This document shows, piece after piece, positions 19,644 to 29,251 of a DNA stretch of 64,000 nucleotides. The position numbers and the translations under genes were made by a program. Positions within the stretch are counted from its first letter, which is position 1. The number at the start of each line of letters is the position of its first letter. The stretch comes from Gammaproteobacteria bacterium (GTDB lineage Bacteria; Pseudomonadota; Gammaproteobacteria; JABABF01), in NCBI GenBank assembly GCA_965237805.1, contig OZ250153.1, positions 1,013,816 to 1,077,815 on the forward strand. The letters run 5' to 3'. The notes beneath the pieces were generated by a model. It had not been told where the DNA came from. It was given only the letters and a program-made list of their open reading frames with translations, and did no database searches.

Positions 19644-20774
19644 TCATACGTCCAGACGCACTGGTCGCATCGCCAAACATTCCCCCAGCGCCCGCAGAAA
19701 GGTGGCATTCTCCGCCGGTGCACCGATGGTCACCCGCAGACAGCCGCCGAGTGCCGGATGACCGCCATGCAGGCATTTGATCGACACCCCGCGTTCACGC
19801 AAGCCCTCCCACAGCGCCTCGACACGCTCGGCATCGACCCGAAACAGCAGAAAATTCCCCGAGCTGGGCCACACCTGCACCCCGGACATTGAGGCCAGCG
19901 ACGTACACAGCGCCTCGCGCTCTTCACACAGCATCTCTGCTCGGCGACGAAACTCCCCGTAATGCTGTAGCGCCAGCTCGGCCGCCGCCTGCGTCAGCGC
20001 ACTCAAATTGTAGGGCAGGCGCAATTTAGCAATCTGCTCCAGTGCCGCAGGTGCCCCGACCAAGAACCCCAGCCGCAGCCCGGCCAAGCCCAGCTTGGAC
20101 AGCGTGCGCAACACCAGTACATTGCGGTAATCATCGAGCAAGGGCAGGTGATCCACGCCGCTGAAGACCATATAGGCCTCATCCAAGACCACCAAGCCGG
20201 GAGCCGCCTCAATCAACCCGCGCAGCTCGGCCAGCGGTAACAACGCACCGCTGGGATTGTGCGGCAACGCCAGCAAAGTCAGCGCGGGCCGCCGTTGCTG
20301 CAGAGCCGTGCGCAGAGCCGCACTGTCCAGTTGAAAGTCCGCATCCAGCGATACACCGCAATAGCTGGCACCAGCGGCCTCAGCCAAAATGCGGTACATG
20401 GCAAAGCCGGGCTCCGGACTCAACACACAGCGCCCCGGTCCGGCCACTGCCACCATCAGCCATTGCAGGATTTCATCCGAGCCGTTGCCGAGCAACAGCT
20501 GCCAGCGCTCTGGTATATCCAAGGCAGTGCGCAAAGCATGGCGCAGCTGCCGCGCCTCGGGATCTGGATAGCGGTTGATCGGCACCGAGGCGAGCCGCTC
20601 GCGCCACGCCGCGACCAACGCCTCGGGCCAACTCCACGGGCTCTCCATCGCGTCGAGGCGCAGGGTCCCGGCGGGCGGCGGGGGCAAGGCACTATAGGCC
20701 TTGAGCGCACGCAGCTCGAGCCGCAACCACTGCTCTGGCCCCGGGCCGCTACCGGGGGCCGCCTCAGCACACAT
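19644..20774 (-). CDS. hisC: histidinol-phosphate aminotransferase
   Basis: INRYPDPEARQLRHAL, LRTLSKLGLAGLRLGF (PLP-Lys); operon context with hisD/hisG. Confidence 0.85.
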   Translation of the reverse strand: MCAEAAPGSGPGPEQWLRLELRALKAYSALPPPPAGTLRLDAMESPWSWPEALVAAWRERLASVPINRYPDPEARQLRHALRTALDIPERWQLLLGNGSDEILQWLMVAVAGPGRCVLSPEPGFAMYRILAEAAGASYCGVSLDADFQLDSAALRTALQQRRPALTLLALPHNPSGALLPLAELRGLIEAAPGLVVLDEAYMVFSGVDHLPLLDDYRNVLVLRTLSKLGLAGLRLGFLVGAPAALEQIAKLRLPYNLSALTQAAAELALQHYGEFRRRAEMLCEEREALCTSLASMSGVQVWPSSGNFLLFRVDAERVEALWEGLRERGVSIKCLHGGHPALGGCLRVTIGAPAENATFLRALGECLAMRPVRLDV

Positions 20775-20835
20775 ATTGGACAGCCAGACTCAGCACAGCA
20801 CGAGGCACCTCCCTCTGCCGCCGGATGCTGGCACC

Positions 20836-22164
20836 TCAGCGACGGCGAGCATCTGCGCTGCGGGCATGTGCTTCCAAGCCCTCGGCCCGCGCCAACTCGG
20901 CCGCCGTCGGTGCCAGTGCCGCCGCCGCTTGGGCTCCGCAACGCAACAACGAGCTGCGGCGCAGGAAATCGCGCACCCCCAGTACCGATGCGTAGCGCGC
21001 CGCGCCTCCCGTCGGCAGCACATGACTCGGCCCAGCGCAGTAATCGCCCAAGACCTCGGCCGCGCTGTGCCCCAACATCACCGCGCCAGCACAACGCACT
21101 GCTGGCAACAGTCGCTCCGGGTCGGTGACACAAAGCCCCAAATGCTCGGGTGCCAAGCGATTTGCCAAGGCCACCGCCCGCTCTAAGTCGGCGACTTGAA
21201 TCAAGGCACCGTGGCGGCGCAGCGACTCGGCGATGATATCCCGCCGCGGCAACTGCTCGAGCAATTGCCCGAGGCGCTTGAACACAGCCGCAATCAGCCC
21301 GGCATCGGGACTCAATAGCAAAGCACGCGCCTCGACATCGTGTTCCGCTTGAGCACAAAGGTCCAGAGCCACCCAATCGGGATCAGCACTACCATCGGCG
21401 ATGATCAGCACTTCCGAGGGACCGGCCTCGGCATCCAAACCGACATGGCCATAGACCAAACGCTTGGCGGCGGCGACATAGCGGTTGCCGGGGCCGACAA
21501 TCTTGTCCACCCGAGGCACGGTCTCGGTGCCAAAAGCCAGTGCCGCCACCGCCTGCGCACCGCCGATACAAAACAGACGATCCACCTCGGCCAAAGCGGC
21601 GGCGGCAAGCAGTAGCGGAGCGGGCTCTCCAGCCGCTGTCGGCGTGGTGACGACGATCTCGCCAACCCCCGCCACCCGAGCTGGCAAGGCCGTCATCAGC
21701 ACGGTGGAGGGGTAGGCACCGCGGCCACCCGGCACATAGATGCCGACCCGCTCCAGCGGCAGCTGGCGCAGACCCGTGGCCACGCCCTCGGCATCGGCCT
21801 GCAGACTCAAGCCCTCGGCATCGGCGGCAGCGCGCTCGCGCTCGTGAAAAACGCGGATGCGGGCAGCCGCATGCTCCAGCGCCTTAGATTGCGCTGCCGG
21901 CAAGGCCGCCAAGGCCTCTTGGCAACGCGTTGCAGGCAGTTCGAGCTCGGCCACGCTGGCCGCCACCACGCCGTCGAGCTCAGCGGTGTGCTCCAGCAGG
22001 GCGGCATCGCGTCGGAGGCGCACATCGTCGACAATACGCGCCGCAATACGCGCAGCATCGGCATCGTGTACATCCGACACCGCCAGCAGAGCTGCCAAAG
22101 CGGCATCGAAATCCGCTGACGAGGCATCCAAGCGACGCACCGGCTCGACAACGACAGTCGCCAC
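20836..22164 (-). CDS. hisD: histidinol dehydrogenase
   Basis: HisD motifs ([28 protein letters not shown]). Start assigned to a GTG preceded by GAGGGCGGG, 10 nt after the hisG stop. Confidence 0.9.
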   Translation of the reverse strand: MATVVVEPVRRLDASSADFDAALAALLAVSDVHDADAARIAARIVDDVRLRRDAALLEHTAELDGVVAASVAELELPATRCQEALAALPAAQSKALEHAAARIRVFHERERAAADAEGLSLQADAEGVATGLRQLPLERVGIYVPGGRGAYPSTVLMTALPARVAGVGEIVVTTPTAAGEPAPLLLAAAALAEVDRLFCIGGAQAVAALAFGTETVPRVDKIVGPGNRYVAAAKRLVYGHVGLDAEAGPSEVLIIADGSADPDWVALDLCAQAEHDVEARALLLSPDAGLIAAVFKRLGQLLEQLPRRDIIAESLRRHGALIQVADLERAVALANRLAPEHLGLCVTDPERLLPAVRCAGAVMLGHSAAEVLGDYCAGPSHVLPTGGAARYASVLGVRDFLRRSSLLRCGAQAAAALAPTAAELARAEGLEAHARSADARRR

Positions 22165-22174
22165 TGTCCCGCCC

Positions 22175-22834
22175 TCAGTCGCCGGCACCGCCCACCGCCT
22201 CGGCAAGGCGCTCGCACAGGGATTCGACCGCCTCGGTATCGACGCGCAATGCCGCCTTATTGACAACCAAACGGGCGCTGACGCAAGCGATTTCCTCCAC
22301 CACCTGCAGCTCGTGACGGGCCAGCGTGGCCCCGGTATCGGTGATGTCCACAATCTCGTGTACCAAGCCGCAGAGCGGCGCCAATTCCATCGAACCGTGC
22401 AATTTGATGAGCTGCGCTTGGATGCCGCGCTCGGCATAGAAGCGGCGTGCCACCGCAATGTATTTGCTGGCCACACGGCGTAGCCCCGGCGGTGCCTGAT
22501 CTACATCGACCCGCGCCGCCCGCACCAGCCGACAACGGGCGATGCCCAAGTCCAGCAGTTCACACAGCCCAGCACCGCTGTCGGCAGCGATGTGCTCAAG
22601 CAGCATATCGCTGCCGATCACTCCCAGCTGAGCAGCACCCAGCTGCACATAAGTGGCAACATCGGCTCCGCGCACCACCAGCAGGCGGTGGGCACCATCA
22701 GCGCTGTCCAGACAGAGCGCGGCACCCGTCCCGGCAGCAGGGACGGGCAGCTCCACACCCGCCGCCGCCAACAGCGGCAAGCTCTGCTCGAGCAGGCGCC
22801 CCTTCGCCACAGCCACCGTCAATGGGCGCGCCAT
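22175..22834 (-). CDS. hisG: ATP phosphoribosyltransferase (short form)
   Basis: MARPLTVAVAKGRLLEQSLPLL... is HisG-S type, ~219 aa. Confidence 0.85.
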   Translation of the reverse strand: MARPLTVAVAKGRLLEQSLPLLAAAGVELPVPAAGTGAALCLDSADGAHRLLVVRGADVATYVQLGAAQLGVIGSDMLLEHIAADSGAGLCELLDLGIARCRLVRAARVDVDQAPPGLRRVASKYIAVARRFYAERGIQAQLIKLHGSMELAPLCGLVHEIVDITDTGATLARHELQVVEEIACVSARLVVNKAALRVDTEAVESLCERLAEAVGGAGD

Positions 22835-22840
22835 CACAGA

Positions 22841-24124
22841 TCAACCCGGGGACAGCGCATCGGGCCGACGCTGGATCTGGGCACCGAGGCGGCTCATCTT
22901 TTCCTCGATCCACTCGTAGCCGCGGTCGATGTGGTAGATGTGTTCGATCGTCGTCTCGCCAGATGCCACCAAGCCAGCGATCACCAAACTGGCCGAAGCG
23001 CGCAAATCGTTGGCCGCCACCCTGGCCCCATGGAGCACAGAGCCGCCCCGCATCCGGGCCTCATTGCCCACCACCTCGATGTCGGCACCCATGCGGCGCA
23101 GGTATTGAATATGGATGAAGCGATCCTCGAAGATGCGCTCGACGATGCGCGACGGCCCCTTGGCGATGGCGTTCATAGCTGTGAACTGAGCCTGCATATC
23201 CGTTGGAAAGCCCGGATAGGGTGCCGTTTCGATGTCCACCGCCCGCGGCACCTGCCCGCCCATATCCAGCGCCACCCAGCGATCGCCAGTCGTCAGCTCC
23301 GCGCCGGTCTGTTCCAAATGGTGCATCACGGCTTGGATTGTGTCGACGCGGGCATTCTCGAGACGCACCGAGCCACCGGTGACAGCGGCGGCCACCAAGT
23401 AAGTGCCGGTTTCGATGCGGTCGGGCATCAAATCGTAGTCGCAGGCACTGAGGTGATCCACGCCCTCGACGGTCACCGTCGAGGTGCCGATGCCATCAAT
23501 GCGCGCCCCCATCGCCTGCAGACAACGCGCCAGATCGACGACCTCCGGCTCGCAGGCCGCATTTTCGATGCGCGTCTCGCCGCGCGCCAGCACCGCCGCC
23601 ATCAAAATGTTCTCGGTACCGCCCACCGTCGGGCCATCAAAGCGGATCCGAGCACCATGCAGGCCAGCCGCCGCCCGCCCGATCACCTGCCCATCGCTCA
23701 GTTCGAAGGAAGCCCCCAAGGCTCTCAAAGCACGCAGGTGCATGTCCACAGGACGCTGGCCTATAGCACAACCGCCGGGAAGTGACAGGCGCGCTCGCCC
23801 AAAACGCGCTAGCAATGGCCCGAGCACCAAGAAGGAGGCGCGCATGGTGTTGGCCAACGGCTCCAGCATGATGCCATCGCTGCGTACTGCATCAGTGCGC
23901 AGTTGCAAACGGCGGTGATCATCGGCAAATTCCACAGTGGCTCCCATCGCCATCAACAACTGGTTCATGGTTGTGATATCCGCCAAATGCGGCAGATTGC
24001 CCAGCGAGATCGAATCATCGCTGAGCAGGCTCGCCGCCATGATCGGCAGGGCGGAATTTTTCGCCCCCGAGATCTTGATAGTGCCGGAAAGACGGTTGCC
24101 GCCTTGAATGATCAGGCTATCCAC
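22841..24124 (-). CDS. murA: UDP-N-acetylglucosamine 1-carboxyvinyltransferase
   Basis: VDSLIIQGGNRLSGTIKISGAKNSALPI... is MurA. GTG start preceded by GGGAGGGG SD. Confidence 0.9.
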   Translation of the reverse strand: MDSLIIQGGNRLSGTIKISGAKNSALPIMAASLLSDDSISLGNLPHLADITTMNQLLMAMGATVEFADDHRRLQLRTDAVRSDGIMLEPLANTMRASFLVLGPLLARFGRARLSLPGGCAIGQRPVDMHLRALRALGASFELSDGQVIGRAAAGLHGARIRFDGPTVGGTENILMAAVLARGETRIENAACEPEVVDLARCLQAMGARIDGIGTSTVTVEGVDHLSACDYDLMPDRIETGTYLVAAAVTGGSVRLENARVDTIQAVMHHLEQTGAELTTGDRWVALDMGGQVPRAVDIETAPYPGFPTDMQAQFTAMNAIAKGPSRIVERIFEDRFIHIQYLRRMGADIEVVGNEARMRGGSVLHGARVAANDLRASASLVIAGLVASGETTIEHIYHIDRGYEWIEEKMSRLGAQIQRRPDALSPG

Positions 24125-24779
24125 GCACCCCTCCCGTCCGCGCTCCGGCTGCCACAGCATCGCCAGCCTGCAGCCAAATCCACGGCACCAATAGCAGGGT
24201 ACCAAGTGTGCCGTAGAGGTGGGCGGCAACTACAACATCCATCTGCAACAAATCCGAAGTGCCGGGAGTGGCCCCGAACAGATACTCCCACAACAGTTTG
24301 CAGGCGATCGACAACAATAGCAGCAAGCCGGTCCAATCACCCAGCTGGCGCCAACGGTAGAATCCCAGAATGGCCGCAATGCCGTGCAGGGGGCCGGAGA
24401 AACCGACGACCCAGTCCAATCCGGGGTTGAAAAAATAAAGGCCGAGACCGCAAGCGCTACTGGAAATGAGCGCCGTCAGCACCCAGATCGACACCGGCAC
24501 TGCGCCTTGGGCGTAAGCGCACAGCAACAGCCAAGCCGCCAAATTCAACAGCAAGTGCCCCAGTTCGGTGTGCGCAAAATGGCCTGAGATAAGCCGCCAC
24601 CACTCGCCAGCCGCGACCAAGTCGCGGCGATAAAAAAACCACTCCTGCCATTCGCTGCCAAATAGCGATGCCATCAAAACCACTGGCACCGCAACGACAA
24701 GACACTGGGCGACAAACCCTCCCCGCCAACAAATCGACTGCGGCACCGCGCTGCCCTCAGCGCGTGGCACCAGTGCCAC
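24117..24779 (-). CDS. rhomboid-family intramembrane serine protease (rhombosortase/GlpG-like)
   Basis: Multi-TM protein with a GFSGPLHG (GxSG) motif and a downstream His (AAHLYG). Start uncertain: the listed start is GTG and the next ATG is at 24674. Confidence 0.6.
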   Translation of the reverse strand: MALVPRAEGSAVPQSICWRGGFVAQCLVVAVPVVLMASLFGSEWQEWFFYRRDLVAAGEWWRLISGHFAHTELGHLLLNLAAWLLLCAYAQGAVPVSIWVLTALISSSACGLGLYFFNPGLDWVVGFSGPLHGIAAILGFYRWRQLGDWTGLLLLLSIACKLLWEYLFGATPGTSDLLQMDVVVAAHLYGTLGTLLLVPWIWLQAGDAVAAGARTGGVRG

Positions 24780-25614
24780 GTGACGGCTTGGCCTTCTCTG
24801 CGGAACGCCCGCCGCCTGACGCCTCGGTCTGCACTGTCTCTAATTGCGACCATTTCCCGATCACCTGGTCCAGATCGCCATCATGCTCTGCTGACAAGGC
24901 GTAGAACTGGGAGCGGAACAACTTGCCGAAGTTCAATTTGTCCAAGGCGATGTTGAGCAGCTCCCAGCGTCCTTCTGCTTGGCGGCGTTGCAGGCGGTAA
25001 TAAATGTGGATCGGCTCGCTACCGACGCCGGCGACCAACTGCTCGACCGTCACTTTGCCAGTGGCACTCGCCGCCTTGCCAGGCAGAGTTTCGACTGTGA
25101 TATCACCCAAGCGCAGCACCGTGAGGAAGATGCCACCGTAGTTGCGCACCAACCCGACGAGGAACAGCTCGGCAAATCGGTCGATTTGGGCGGCACGCAG
25201 CTCGAGCTCAGCAGGCGACAGTGCCGCCAAGGACTTGGCGCTACCATAGACGCCCATCACGCCGAGCGCGAAGTGGCGGAAACTCACCATTTCGGTCATC
25301 GTCTGCGCTATTTGAGCAAAAAATATATCTTGATCGCCGCCGTCTTTGATCTGGGCGCGACTCTGTGCCAACAGGTATCCGGTGAGCTCGCGCACGACGA
25401 GCTGTGCCTCCACCGCCAAATCCGCTGCGGGCGAGGGCTTGGCCGCGACCGCCGGTTTCGCAGCTGGCGATACTTTGGTCGGGGGGTTGGCTCTATCCAC
25501 CGCACGGGTAGTAGGGCTGAGGCTCAACACCACTGCCATCGCCACGGCGCACAGACCGACAGCATGGCCTCTCGCCGACCAAATTCCCTTGCCACGCAGT
25601 TGCATGCCCGCCAT
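24757..25614 (-). CDS. MlaC/Ttg2D-family periplasmic lipid-binding protein
   Basis: Signal peptide, then the GRWELLNIALDKLNFGKLFRSQF motif typical of PF05494. Orphan copy: no mlaFED/mlaB adjacent. Confidence 0.6.
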   Translation of the reverse strand: MAGMQLRGKGIWSARGHAVGLCAVAMAVVLSLSPTTRAVDRANPPTKVSPAAKPAVAAKPSPAADLAVEAQLVVRELTGYLLAQSRAQIKDGGDQDIFFAQIAQTMTEMVSFRHFALGVMGVYGSAKSLAALSPAELELRAAQIDRFAELFLVGLVRNYGGIFLTVLRLGDITVETLPGKAASATGKVTVEQLVAGVGSEPIHIYYRLQRRQAEGRWELLNIALDKLNFGKLFRSQFYALSAEHDGDLDQVIGKWSQLETVQTEASGGGRSAEKAKPSRGTGATR

Positions 25615-25667
25615 TATACGCACCAACCATGGCCATACCGCTAAAGTAAAATAGCTATTGCACACTC

Positions 25668-26609
25668 ATGTACATGAACATACTCACAGCACTGGCGGGT
25701 CTCGGACTATTGATCTGGAGTGCCGAACGCCTACTCAATGCCTCATTGGGTATCGCGGCACGGCTACGGCTACCCCCTGTCGCCATCGGTGCCACCGCCC
25801 TCGCACTGGGCACCTCCTTGCCGGAGGTGGCTGTGGCGATCAGCGCCGTATACGGCCAGCACAGCGACATCGCGGTCGGCAATGCCATCGGCTCCAATAT
25901 CGCCAATATCGGGCTGGCTCTCGGTGTGACCGCGCTGTTGGTGCCGCTGTCTGTGAATGCTGCCACGCTACGGCATGTCTTACCGTTGTCGCTGTTAGCG
26001 GTTGCGGTGACCTGCGCCGTGCTGGTCGACATGCAACTCAGCCGCATCAATGGCTTCGCCTTGCTCGCCGGATTCGCATGCGCCACTTGGCTGATGCTGA
26101 GCCCCTCCGAGCCCCCCGTGGATGCCGACGAGCACGGTGGGTGGTCGGACTGGTTGTGGTTCGCCATCGGCGTGGCCATGCTGGCCTTGGGTGCCAAGCT
26201 GTTGGTGGCCAGCAGTTCGCAGCTGGCACTGGATTTCGGCGTCAGCGAATTGGTCGTCGGTGTCAGCGCCGTGGCCATCGGCACCAGTCTGCCAGAACTC
26301 AGCACCTCGCTACACGCGGCGCGGCGCGGTCAGCACAGCATCGCCTTCGGCAATATCTTGGGTTCCAATGTGTTCAACCTGTTCGGCGTGCTCGGCTTGA
26401 CGGCTGTGATGTCACCGTGGCAAGCAACCGACAATACTCTCCTTTACCGCGATATCAGCGCCTGTCTCGTGCTGAGCATGGCCATTGCCACACTACTGTG
26501 GATACAGCAATGGCGCGGCATCGCGCCGCTGCGACTGGGGCGCTTTACAGCCATCTTGTTGTTGGGCTTCTACGCTGGCTACCTTGCAGTGCTGCTGACC
26601 CCCCACTGA
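25668..26609 (+). CDS. yrbG: Ca2+/Na+ antiporter family inner-membrane protein (YrbG-like, CaCA family)
   Basis: Two alpha-repeat halves (GNAIGSNIANI... and GNILGSNVFNLFGVLG). Conserved position upstream of kdsD. Confidence 0.75.
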   Translation: MYMNILTALAGLGLLIWSAERLLNASLGIAARLRLPPVAIGATALALGTSLPEVAVAISAVYGQHSDIAVGNAIGSNIANIGLALGVTALLVPLSVNAATLRHVLPLSLLAVAVTCAVLVDMQLSRINGFALLAGFACATWLMLSPSEPPVDADEHGGWSDWLWFAIGVAMLALGAKLLVASSSQLALDFGVSELVVGVSAVAIGTSLPELSTSLHAARRGQHSIAFGNILGSNVFNLFGVLGLTAVMSPWQATDNTLLYRDISACLVLSMAIATLLWIQQWRGIAPLRLGRFTAILLLGFYAGYLAVLLTPH

Positions 26610-26614
26610 GCCGA

Positions 26615-27601
26615 ATGGTGCACACCACTAGCGACCCCGCCACGCTGGTTGAAATCGGGCGCCGCACGTTGCGCCTTGAGCGCAATGCCATGGCGCAGCT
26701 GGAGCAACGCATCGGCGCAGACTTTGCACAGGCCTGTGAGTTGATACTGCACTGCACGGGGCGCGTCATCGTCGCCGGTATGGGAAAATCTGGACATGTG
26801 GCACGCAAAATTGCCTCCACACTGGCCAGCACTGGCACACCAGCAGCATTCCTCCATCCGGCGGAGGCCTGCCACGGCGACTTGGGTATGGTCATGTCCA
26901 CTGACTTGGTCATCGCGCTGTCACAGTCCGGCAGGGCGGCGGAGCTGCTCACTGTGGCACCACTACTCAAGCGCCAGCAGATCCCCTTGATCTGCATGTC
27001 CGGCGACGGCAGCTCGCCGCTGGCCCAAGCCGCCACACTCTGGCTCGACACCAGCGTCGAGGCGGAGGCCTGCCCCTTGGATCTAGCGCCGACCGCCAGT
27101 TCCACCGTGATGTTGGCCTTGGGTGATGCCCTCGCCATCGCGCTGTTGGAGGCGCGCGGCTTCACCCGCCAAGACTTCGCTTTGGCTCACCCGGGAGGTG
27201 CCTTGGGGCGCAGACTGCTGCTCCAAGTCGACCAACTGATGCAGAGCGCCGAGAAAATGCCCCGGGTGAGCCGCAATGCCAGCTTGGCCGATGCCATCGT
27301 CGAGATGAGTGCCAAGGGGCTCGGCATGACGACCATAGTCGATGATGACGGCATGTTGCTGGGAGTGTTCACCGACGGCGACCTGCGACGCGCTTTCGAC
27401 ACCAACTTGGCACCGCAACAAGTGCCGATCCGCGAGCTGATGACCCCTGGCGGACGCACCATCGCCCTCGACACACTGGCGGCGACGGCAATGGCAGAAA
27501 TGGAACGCCATCGCACGACATCGCTGGTCTGCGTCGATGGCTCGGGGCGGCCAGTTGGCGTCGTCCATCTGCACGCGCTACTTAATGCCGGTGTCGAGTG
27601 A
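26615..27601 (+). CDS. kdsD: arabinose-5-phosphate isomerase
   Basis: SIS domain (VIVAGMGKSGHVARKIASTLASTGTPA) followed by tandem CBS domains. Confidence 0.9.
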   Translation: MVHTTSDPATLVEIGRRTLRLERNAMAQLEQRIGADFAQACELILHCTGRVIVAGMGKSGHVARKIASTLASTGTPAAFLHPAEACHGDLGMVMSTDLVIALSQSGRAAELLTVAPLLKRQQIPLICMSGDGSSPLAQAATLWLDTSVEAEACPLDLAPTASSTVMLALGDALAIALLEARGFTRQDFALAHPGGALGRRLLLQVDQLMQSAEKMPRVSRNASLADAIVEMSAKGLGMTTIVDDDGMLLGVFTDGDLRRAFDTNLAPQQVPIRELMTPGGRTIALDTLAATAMAEMERHRTTSLVCVDGSGRPVGVVHLHALLNAGVE

Positions 27602-28151
27602 TCGCGATGCGGCGGCGCTAGGTGCCGCCGCATCGCTGGATCGTTGCCCCCCCCAGCTGCGGCAGCGACTGGCGCGCATCCGTTTGCTGTCGCTTGATGT
27701 CGACGGCGTGCTGACCGACGGTCGCCTCTATCTCAGCGGCGATGACGAATTCAAGGCCTTTAATGCCCGTGACGGTGTTGGCATCATGGCGGTGCGCCGC
27801 GCTGGCATCGAAGTCGCGATCTGCTCTGCCCGCCCCTCGGCCGCCACCGTCGCCCGCGCCCGCGACTTGGGCATAGAGCACCTGAGACAAGGCGATGAAG
27901 ACAAGGCTCAGCTGTTGCTGGCACTGTGCCAGCAGCTGAGTATCGATCCCAGCTGCGCCATTCATATGGGTGACGACTTGGCCGATTTGTCGGCGCTACG
28001 CTGTGCCGGGATCGGTGCCACCGTCGCCGACGCCCACCCCGCTGCACTGGCCACAGCCGAGTGGTGCAGCATGAAAAAAGGTGGTCACGGTGCCGTGCGC
28101 GAGCTGTGCGACCTGCTGCTGGCAGCCCGCGAAGCCGAGGACAAACCCTGA
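27585..28151 (+). CDS. kdsC: 3-deoxy-D-manno-octulosonate 8-phosphate phosphatase
   Basis: LLSLDVDGVLTDGRLYLSGDDEFKAFNARDGVGI... is HAD-type KdsC. Overlaps the kdsD end. Confidence 0.85.
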   Translation: MPVSSDRDAAALGAAASLDRCPPQLRQRLARIRLLSLDVDGVLTDGRLYLSGDDEFKAFNARDGVGIMAVRRAGIEVAICSARPSAATVARARDLGIEHLRQGDEDKAQLLLALCQQLSIDPSCAIHMGDDLADLSALRCAGIGATVADAHPAALATAEWCSMKKGGHGAVRELCDLLLAAREAEDKP

Positions 28152-29251
28152 GTCGTTTTGGCCGCACGACGCTCGGCTTGGCTTGGGTCGTTGCAATCGC
28201 CGCCGCACCCGATGCCACCAGCGCAGATGGTGTTTTCCATGGTGTGGAGCTGTTGCGCTTCAAGCATAAGCAGGGCACGGCGACGCAATTGCTCGCGCAA
28301 CGTGCACGGCAGTTGCCCCGAGATGATGCGTGGCGGGTGGAGCAGCTGCAACTGCGTGGTTTGGATGCCCACGGCGCGCCTTGGCAGCTGAGTGCGGCAA
28401 CTGGCGAGCTGCGCTCAGGCGACGCCCTACAGCTGCGCGGTGATGTCGTGATGGAGGGTCGCGGGCCGGACGGTGCGGCGCTGCATCTCAACGCCCCGCA
28501 GCTACTTTTGCAACTGGAGCGGCAACACGGTAGCGGGGATGGTCTGCTGGAGTTGCGCTGGGGCAATCGTCGATTGCGCGGGTACGGCTTTGAATTCTCC
28601 CTTGCAGAGCGGTGGCTGCAGTTGTCGCAGGATACGCAGAGTTGGATCGGAGATGCAATGGCAACGCAGCATAGCGGACATGCGCTGGAGCTGCGAGCCG
28701 ACTCCGCACGCTGGGAATGGCGCCCAGCTGGGCATCTGTTGCGCTACGATGGCCGTGTGCACTATGTGGATGAAGCGCTAGAATTGCATGCGAAACAACT
28801 GTCGCTCCGACATCGAGAGGATGACGCCGCGGTCGTGCAGAGCGCCGTCGCCACTGGCGATCCGGTACATTTCCGCCACACTACCACCGAGCTCGGCAAG
28901 GTGGTGGATGGCTATGCGCGGCACATAGAATACGATCGCCAACAACAGCGCATTGTGCTGCGCGGCGGAGCGCGTCTGCAGCACGGAAAACGCTGGCTGG
29001 AGGGAGCACGCATCGACTACCACGAAGCCACCATGCATGCCGTCGCCACCGGCACCCCAGCACGCTTCCACCACATGCCGACGGGTCATGGCAAGGTAGT
29101 AGACGGCCAAGCGCGGCGCATAGAATACGATCACCGTCTGCAACGCATCGTGCTACAAGATGCCGCTCGCCTGCGGCGCGACGAACGCTGGCTGGAGAGC
29201 GAGCGTATCGACTACCACCTGCCCACAACCACGCCGGGTGCCGCGCCATGA
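28061..29251 (+). CDS. lptC: LPS export protein: LptC-like N-terminal half fused in-frame to an LptA-like module with duplicated C-terminal repeat (start codon uncertain)
   Basis: Single 396-codon frame, no internal stop. TM anchor LGLAWVVAIAAAP, then an LptC-like domain (...GFEFSLAERWLQLSQDTQ), then LptA-like sequence (ALELRADSARWEWRPAGHLLRYDGRVHYVDEA... GKVVDGYARHIEYD...IVLRGGARLQHG...GARIDYH, cf. E. coli LptA EVIDGYGKPATFYQ...VVLTGNAYLQQ...GDKITYL) without any signal peptide. Stop overlaps the lptB ATG (ATGA). The listed start is a GTG 91 bp inside kdsC; alternatives are CTG 28148 and TTG 28178. Confidence 0.7.
   Translation: MVQHEKRWSRCRARAVRPAAGSPRSRGQTLSRFGRTTLGLAWVVAIAAAPDATSADGVFHGVELLRFKHKQGTATQLLAQRARQLPRDDAWRVEQLQLRGLDAHGAPWQLSAATGELRSGDALQLRGDVVMEGRGPDGAALHLNAPQLLLQLERQHGSGDGLLELRWGNRRLRGYGFEFSLAERWLQLSQDTQSWIGDAMATQHSGHALELRADSARWEWRPAGHLLRYDGRVHYVDEALELHAKQLSLRHREDDAAVVQSAVATGDPVHFRHTTTELGKVVDGYARHIEYDRQQQRIVLRGGARLQHGKRWLEGARIDYHEATMHAVATGTPARFHHMPTGHGKVVDGQARRIEYDHRLQRIVLQDAARLRRDERWLESERIDYHLPTTTPGAAP
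28844..29234 (+). repeat. in-frame tandem duplication (2 x ~195 bp, ~70% identical) encoding two copies of the C-terminal LptA/LptC-type module
   Basis: DNA units start GCCGTCGCCAC(T/C)GGC... at 28844 and 29039 and share blocks GGCAAGGT.GT.GA.GG, CATAGAATACGATC, GCATCGTGCT and CGCTGGCTGGAG...ATCGACTACCAC. Protein copies are VATGDPVHF...GARIDYH and VATGTPARF...ERIDYH. Confidence 0.7.

Noticed and set aside
20456-21376. 306-aa minus-strand ORF and several 100-300-aa ORFs in alternative frames across hisD/hisC
   Set aside because: Alternative frames of real genes. Compositionally biased (Arg/Gly/Cys-rich).
22592-23785. 397-aa plus-strand ORF antisense to murA and hisG
   Set aside because: No recognisable domains. 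Overlaps two strongly supported minus-strand genes.
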